Shown here piece by piece: positions 1-30,519 of a DNA stretch of 30,519 nucleotides. The position numbers and the translations under genes were made by a program. Source of the stretch: Tubiluchus corallicola (taxonomy: Eukaryota > Animalia > Priapulida); NCBI GenBank assembly GCA_030141605.1, contig JAQGDQ010001668.1:1-30519 (forward strand), in the 5' to 3' direction. The notes beneath the pieces are model-generated. The model ran no database searches. It saw nothing but the letters and a program-made list of their open reading frames with translations, and was not told the origin of the DNA. Position 1 is the stretch's first letter, and each line of letters begins with the position of its first letter.

Positions 1-111
1 ACCACCTATACAACTACTTGGCGAATTACACATTGTTCAACTTGAAGTGCATTTTAACGTCTTGCTGTTTCTCAGTGCTTTGCTAGTATTGCACAATGTA
101 TTTACTTCTAG

Positions 112-241
112 AACATCCAAGCCGTACCGAAAGAGACGATGAGTTTGCAAGCTACAGATAGTGCATCATTAGAAGAGAAAGTGACAATCAAAGCTCGGGA
201 TGCCTTCATTAGTCACCATGGCAACTCTTTTGTCACGGCAG
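112..241 (+). pseudogene. POLN: Inverted duplicate of POLN exon 12 with intact splice sites
   Basis: Identical by eye to the reverse complement of 7393-7522; AG at 110-111, GT at 242-243. Whether it is functional cannot be determined here. Confidence 0.85.
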
Positions 242-1495
242 GTAAAATTCATCAATATATTTGTTGTGTGTGTGTGGGTTTTGTGGTTGTGGTGGTTTTT
301 TTTTTGTGTTTTTTTGTCTTTTTTCTTTTTTTCTTTCTTTATACTTGTACTGAATCAGAGCATGTGAGGGTAGTGCTGTTTGCTTTACAGCCCAGCACAG
401 TGGTGCGTTTGGCTGTTGTGCTCATGCGGCCACGCGCACCTGTCTGAGATATCGTGATGTGCACTGCATTGATAGCGTATGCTGCTAGGCAGAGAAAGTA
501 CTGTTGCTCACACAGTTTGTTGTCAATTGTCACGTGGTTGAAAACCGTGTACCGGCACATGTTCTTGAACTGCGGCAATTTCGGCTATCTGTAAGCAAAA
601 CATTTTGTTTAGGATTTTATCAAGTTTTGTTTAGGATTTTATCAAGTTTATGCATAATGTATAACCTTTGTATGTTTGTTTGTTTAAAATTACAACTACA
701 AATTACAGCATTAAAATTACATATGTTTGTTTCTTTTTACACAGTATTAAAACAATGGCTAAAAATTTTCTGAAGCAGCGCTCACTAATTTTAACTATGG
801 GCTGCCACTGGTCAGGTTATTACTTTGTATAAGTAATTAATTATTAAGACAATGCTAATTTGACTGATATCACAAATGTATACACCTGAATTTGCTAATG
901 AAAATTTTTAATTTGACTGATATCATAAATGTATACACCTGAATTTGCTAATGAAAATTTTGTAACTGCATCATTGTTAGGAACTACTTTCGACCTGATG
1001 GGGTAAAGCAGGTATAAAGGTAAAGAAATTTCTTCCAAGGATCACCCGAATTTGGTTTACACTACTGCACATGAATAACTCTTTTCAATGTGTTGGGGTC
1101 TAGGAAAGTTGCTCGTAACACGACAGTCGCTAAACTTTCAGCTCCAGCATTAAAAATGCAAAGATTATGAAAGATAAAGAACGCTACAGGTTTTCACAAT
1201 AATACAATCGGCATTAAAGGGAAACGCCATAGTTTCTCGCAAAATTATCGATCTATTAAACTACACAACACCCCTCACAAACCGTTAAGTAACAACATTA
1301 GTTTTTTTTTCTAGGCTGTATGCAATAATTAAGTGAGCTACGATGATCTCTGACTAAACAATTTTGTTGTAGTTTGAAAATTTTTAATTATTTTGTTAAT
1401 GCCAGACTAATAATTAATAATTATGTTTTTGTAGTAAAAAAGGAATGGAAGAAATGCCTTTGCAGTGTGATTACTGATCGAATATTGTTTTACAG

Positions 1496-1613
1496 ATTTT
1501 CGACAAATTGAATTGCGTCTTCTTGCTCATCTTGCAGACGATCCGTACTTGTTAAAAATGTTCAACTCTGTTGGTGACGGTACCGACATTTTCAGACGTC
1601 TCACTTCTTTTTG
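1496..1613 (+). pseudogene. POLN: Inverted duplicate of POLN exon 13 (motif A) with intact splice sites
   Basis: Identical by eye to the reverse complement of 6146-6263. Confidence 0.85.
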
Positions 1614-1690
1614 GTAATTTTCTTTCTGTTATTTTCATTTTACTAGGAAATGTTCAAATCTTAAACTGGAAGAAAAGCAATTTTGAAGTA

Positions 1691-2497
1691 CAGTGTTCCC
1701 TCGCTACTTCGCGGTACGTTTATCACGGACTCGCTGTTTCGCGAGTTTTCAAAAATATGAATGCAAAATATTTATCGCGGTATTTTCGCTGTTTCGCGGG
1801 TTTTTGCGGTACTCCGTCTAAAGTATTTTACACATGCGTAGTACGTATTGTATAGTAACGTATAGATTTGATGAATTTTGCATAAAAAAATCACAAAATG
1901 TATAAAAATACATTAAAAATATTAATTCTAACATTAAAAGTATATTATAAATCATCAAAAATTACCATTTACAATAAATAGTGTATTTATTCGGCGGATG
2001 AATACACACCAAAAACGAAATGTAGTACTTGCGCCCGCTTGAGAGCTACTTGACGATGTGAGATTGTAATTTATTTTCTTTTGTTGTGCGCAGCTATTAC
2101 CATTACGGGATTAACGAATCTAGGGTTCGTTATATCAAGAAGGAGGAGAAAAATATCAGGTGTACAGCAACAGTGATGCGTAACTACTAACTAAAAATAA
2201 TGTTAAGCTTTTTAAAAGGTACATGTACAGTATGGGAAAAGTTATTAAGGGAATGGGAAAGGGTTATGTATAAGAGTGTGGGGAGGGTTTATAAAGACTT
2301 AAAATAATGTATAACTACTAAAGTGGGAAAGGGTTATGTATAAGAGTGTGGGGAGGGTTTACAAAGACTTAAAATAATGTATAACTACTAAAGTGGGAAA
2401 GGGTTATGTATAAGAGTGTGGGGAGGGTTTATAAAGACTTAAAATAATGTATAACTACTAAAGTGGGAAAGGGTTATGTATAAGAGTGTGGGGAGGG
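1691..2497 (+). mobile_element. Tigger/pogo-derived MITE, copy A (truncated at duplication breakpoint)
   Basis: TA|CAGTGTTCCCTC terminus; 2101-2160 encodes HYGINESRVRYIKKEEKNIR, a Tigger-type HTH relic. Confidence 0.8.
2255..2497. repeat. 70-bp minisatellite, about 3.5 units
   Basis: gggaggg recurs at 2281, 2351, 2421 and 2491. Confidence 0.95.
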
Positions 2498-2512
2498 ACC
2501 TGCAAGGGCTGC

Positions 2513-2564
<52 letters not shown>

Positions 2565-2585
2565 GGACTTGACTTACTTACTTAC
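2513..2585. repeat. (ACTT)n microsatellite
   Basis: Direct reading. Confidence 0.95.
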
Positions 2586-3117
2586 ACTTTGGGATTACGT
2601 CATTTCTGATATTATGTGATAGAATTATTGACGCACTACCCCACTTTTTGCTCTATAGTTTGAAATGTACAACCACTGTTACAAATGATCCTCCTGTGAT
2701 AAAAATTCTTACAATAGTGTTTGTCTAACTAGGGCAGATAAACCTATAAAAATCGACGGTATTCAGGACGGAGTACACGAAACAATAGGTAAAAAAGGTT
2801 TTGAGTCATGTAGAATACAATGTGTCATAAATCCAATTTCAAATTCAAGCGGTAATAAATTAAATTTCAAATTTAGTCAACACAAGCTGTAAATAGGTAA
2901 TTAACTGCACTTAATTAGTACGGTAATTAATTAATTAGCAGAAGAAAAACACACAAGTACCATTATAGTTTAAAATGATACATACCAGCACCATTATACA
3001 TTGTACTGTATACCGTAGTAGATTATAAAAGAAATATTCAATATTGGAAACCTTGGGGGTTGACCGTTGAACTGGCGTTGTACCTGTCAGTTCAGTTGTG
3101 ACGTAGTAAAAAAAATG

Positions 3118-3272
3118 AAGAGCCAAAAGTTAGCACAAGAGCCAAAAATTCAAGAGCCAAAAGTTAGCACAAGAGCCAAAAATTCAAGAGCCAAAAGTTA
3201 GCACAAGAGCCAAAAATTCAAGAGCCAAAAGTTAGCACAAGAGCCAAAAATTCAAGAGCCAAAAGTTAGCAC
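3118..3272. repeat. 34-bp tandem repeat (19+15 bp dimer), about 4.5 units
   Basis: agttagcac at 3128, 3162, 3196, 3230 and 3264; both subunits start AAGAGCCAAAA. Confidence 0.92.
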
Positions 3273-4470
3273 AGCGGTAATTTGAAATTTGAATTAGTAA
3301 AACTTAAGATTTGCCCAATGTTCGTGTATCACACTGTATATCTTACAGTAGCACTGTACTCCAATATTCGCTTTCGCAAACGCGCACAACACACTCCTAC
3401 AATGTTTGTGCTGTTGAAAATCATGCTCACTTGTGAAGGAATCACTAGCTGGGTTTGCGGGCCATTAATAATTCAGTTTTAAATCTACTATTTAATTACC
3501 AAGAAAGTTTGGCTCTATTATAGCTGTTAAAATATGCTTTTTATCATACTTCAAAATGGGATAGGATATGAAAAATCATCGTGACTTTACTTTAAACATT
3601 TATTATGTACACATCAGATTACGGGATCCCCATTTTATGTTTAAATTATGAACTAGCTGAGGTGTGAAAAACGTGACTTGTGTCTTCCAACTTAAATATT
3701 TTATTTACACACTTCGGCTTGCGAGGATCTCCGTATACGTCTCTGCATACGTGGAACCCCATTTTCTGATCAAATAAAAGACAAATCTAAAGTATATGAA
3801 TTGCTGCGTCTCGTCTAGACATTTGCTGTGTACACAGGCTTGATAGCTGTTGCGTACAACAGACGTATTTACTTTACTACTGTTTGCTGAGACAGCAATA
3901 ATTCGCTTGCACTTTAGTTAAAATGCTAGCAAAAGCCCCGCAAAAAATTTTGCGTATAAATAAACTTATATATGAAAATAATGCGCGAACATCCTACCTA
4001 GTCCTCATTTACAACGCAAAGCCAGTAGCAGCTTTTACTGAATTAAAGCTATAAGATTGTAGACAGAGTAATGCACACTGGGAAGATGAGTCAGTGTCAT
4101 TTTACCAGTTGGCACGAACATTTTAATAAATAATTAGGGATTTCCTTTTCTAGTTACGTAAGTCTTTCAGGTAAGTAAGTAAGTAATTTTCTATTTTCGC
4201 CATAAATTTACATTAATTTAACAATAAATTATACAAAAATACAAATGAACATGGGAGAAAGGGTGGAGAAAAATCAAAGTAAACAAAATGACGCTAATGA
4301 CAGAAGAACACAACTATGAAAAATACATAAACGTCCATAAATACAAAAAATGAAAATACAACAGCAAAAAAAACCCAAAAAAACAAAAACAAAAAAGCAA
4401 AAACGAAACAAAAGCAAACAAGCATAATGCTAAGTAATATAACCTTGTGTAAAAACATTTTTAGAACATA

Positions 4471-6068
4471 CAGTGTTCCTCACTTATCGCGGGTGTTCCG
4501 TTCCAAGCCCACCCACCTGCGAAAAGTGAATTTCCGCGAAGTAGGGATGCTATACTCATTTTACTAGTTAAACATTATTTTAAGTCTTTATAAACCCTCC
4601 CCACACTCTTATACATAACCCTTTCCTACTTTAGTAGTTATACATTATTTTAAGTCTTTCTAAACCCTCCCCACACTCTTATACATAACCCTTTTACTCT
4701 TTAGTAGTTATACATTATTTTAAGTCTTTGTAAACCCTCCTCACACTCTTATACATAACCCTTTTTCACTTTAGTAGTTATACATTATTTTAAGTCTTTC
4801 TAAACCCTCCCCACACTCTTATACATAACCCTTTCCTACTTTAGTAGTTATACATTATTTTAAGTCTTTCTAAACCCTCCCCACACTCTTATACATAACC
4901 CTTTTACTCTTTAGTAGTTATACATTATTTTAAATCTTTATAAACCCTCCCCACACTCTTATACATAACCCTTTTACTCTTTAGTAGTTATACATTATTC
5001 TTATACATAACCCTTTCCCACTTTAGTAGTTATACATTATTTTAAGTCTTTATAAACCCTCCCCACACTCTTATACATAACCCTTTCCCACTTTAGTAGT
5101 TATACATTATTTTAAGTCTTTGTAAACCCTCCTCACACTCTTATACATAACCCTTTCCTACTTTAGTAGTTATACATTATTTTAAGTCTTTGTAAACCCT
5201 CCCCACACTCTTATACATAACCCTTTCCCACTTTAGTAGTTATACATTATTTTAAGTCTTTATAAACCCTCCCCACACTCTTATACATAACCTTCCCTTT
5301 GTTATACATTATTTTAAGTCTTTGTAAACCCTCCCCACACTCTTATACATAACCCTTTCCCACTTTAGTAGTTATACATTATTTTAAGTCTTTATAGACC
5401 CTCCCCACACTCTTATACATAACCCTTTCCCACTTTAGTAGTTATACATTATTTTAAGTCTTTCTAAACCCTCCCCACACTCTTATACATACCCCTTTCC
5501 CATTCCCTTAATAACTTTTCCCATACTGTACATGTATCTTTTAAAAAGCTTAACATTATTTTTAGTTAGTAGTTACACATCACTGTTGCTGTACACCTGA
5601 TATTTTTCTCCTCCTTCTTGATATAACGAACGCTAGATTCATTAATCCCGTAATGGTAATAGCTGCGCACAGCGAAAGAAAACTAAATTACAATCTCACG
5701 TCGTCAAGTAGCATCTCAAGCAGGCGCAAGTACTACATTTCGTTTTTGGCGTGTATTCATCCATCGAATAAATACACTATTTATTGTAAATGGTACTTTT
5801 TGATGATTTATAATATACTTTTAATGTTAGAATTAATATTTTTAATGTATTTTTATACATTTTGTGATTTTTTTATGCAAAATTCATGAAATCTATACAT
5901 TACTGTACAACACGTACTACGCACGTGCAAAAATGCTTTAGACAGAGTACCGCAAAAACCCGCGAAACAGCGAAAATACCGCGATAAATATTTTGCATTC
6001 ATATTTTTGAAAACTCGCGAAACAGCGAGTCCGTGATAAACGTACCGCGAAGTAGCGAGGGAACACTG
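4471..6068 (-). mobile_element. Tigger/pogo-derived MITE, copy B, with expanded internal minisatellite
   Basis: TA|CAGTGTTCC ... GGGAACACTG|TA; HTH relic HYGINESSVRYIKKEEKNIR at 5596-5655. Confidence 0.85.
4565..5502. repeat. 70-bp minisatellite, about 13 units, some with internal deletions
   Basis: Repeated ccacactcttatacataaccctttcccactttagtagttatacattattttaagtctttataaaccctcc. Confidence 0.95.
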
Positions 6069-6145
6069 TACTTCAAAATTGCTTTTCTTCCAGTTTAAGA
6101 TTTGAACATTTCCTAGTAAAATGAAAATAACAGAAAGAAAATTAC

Positions 6146-30111
<23,966 letters not shown>

Positions 30112-30200
30112 CTGGAAATACAATATCACTTTATGTTAGTTAGGTAAAGTATATATCCAGTGCATGCTTTTTATAAATATGCAAGTATTCACTAAACACA

Positions 30201-30290
30201 TCTCTCTCTCTCTCTCTCTCTCTCTCTTGCTCTCGCTCTGTCTCTCTTTCTCCCTCTCTCTCTCTTGCTCTCTCTTTCTCTCTCTCTCCC

Positions 30291-30323
<33 letters not shown>

Positions 30324-30394
30324 TGCTTTCTCTCTCTTTCTCTCTCTCTCTCTCTCTTGCTCCCTGTCTCTCTTTCTCTCTCTCTCTCCCTCTT

Positions 30395-30438
<44 letters not shown>

Positions 30439-30490
30439 TATCTCTCTCTCTCTCTATCTCTCTCTCTCTGCCTCTCTTTCTCTCTCTCTC
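30201..30490. repeat. (CT)n microsatellite, imperfect
   Basis: Direct reading; explains the poly-SL and poly-RE ORFs. Confidence 0.97.
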
Positions 30491-30519
30491 GCTTAAAAGA
30501 GAGAGAAACAGAAAGAGAG

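Larger units (their letters stand above)
1..2497 (+). repeat. Left arm of large inverted duplication (mirror of about 5260-7633); runs off the window's left edge
   Basis: Base 1 onward (accacctatacaactacttggcg) is the reverse complement of sequence ending at 7633. Collinearity continues to the 70-bp minisatellite at 2497. Confidence 0.97.

Noticed and set aside
339-773. ORFs shared by 339-773, 6931-7345 and 9085-9576
   Set aside because: They lie within a non-coding MITE family and have no protein motif.
112-1613. Zero exon differences between arms as evidence of selection on the duplicate
   Set aside because: Nearby unique intron differs by only about 1% by eye, so 0 changes in 248 nt is not convincing.
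1571-1855. Thrice-repeated ORF MVTVPTFSDV... (also 5853-6188 and 22817-23173)
   Set aside because: Wrong-frame read-through of exon 13 into intron and MITE; it is repeated only because the DNA is duplicated.
2986-3016. Minus-strand TVYSTMYNGA-G|GTATGT resembling the end of POLN motif B (VYAVVYGAG), where the next exon would be expected
   Set aside because: There is an in-frame TAA three codons upstream, no acceptor, no conserved Lys and an extra residue before GAG. It is chance or at best a decayed relic; tBLASTn would settle it.

Overview
AT-rich, transposon-dense eukaryotic DNA, probably from an invertebrate animal. The window holds the middle of a minus-strand, intron-rich gene for DNA polymerase nu (POLN, family A). 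Thirteen short GT-AG exons from 30111 down to 6146 splice in frame (1163 nt) and run from the degenerate exonuclease region through the thumb to polymerase motif A. The ORF track does not recover this gene. The catalytic motif-A exon occurs three times. One is the sense copy (6146-6263). One is an antisense copy inside an inverted duplication of at least 2.5 kb (1-2497, mirroring about 5260-7633). The third is an antisense copy joined to a different Tigger MITE in intron 3 (22668-23559). No motif B/C exon was found, so the pre-mRNA must either pass through a multi-kb hairpin over its own catalytic exons or be truncated. The introns carry a 5S rRNA-headed SINE with an RTE-derived body and tail (3 copies, 2 with TSDs). 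They also carry Tigger, hAT-like (one family with 6-bp TSDs), Kolobok-like and piggyBac-like non-autonomous elements, LINE 3' ends, a probable solo LTR, a 227-bp foldback, and tandem arrays seeded inside transposon ends. Family assignments come from remembered motifs and hand reading; no database search was run.
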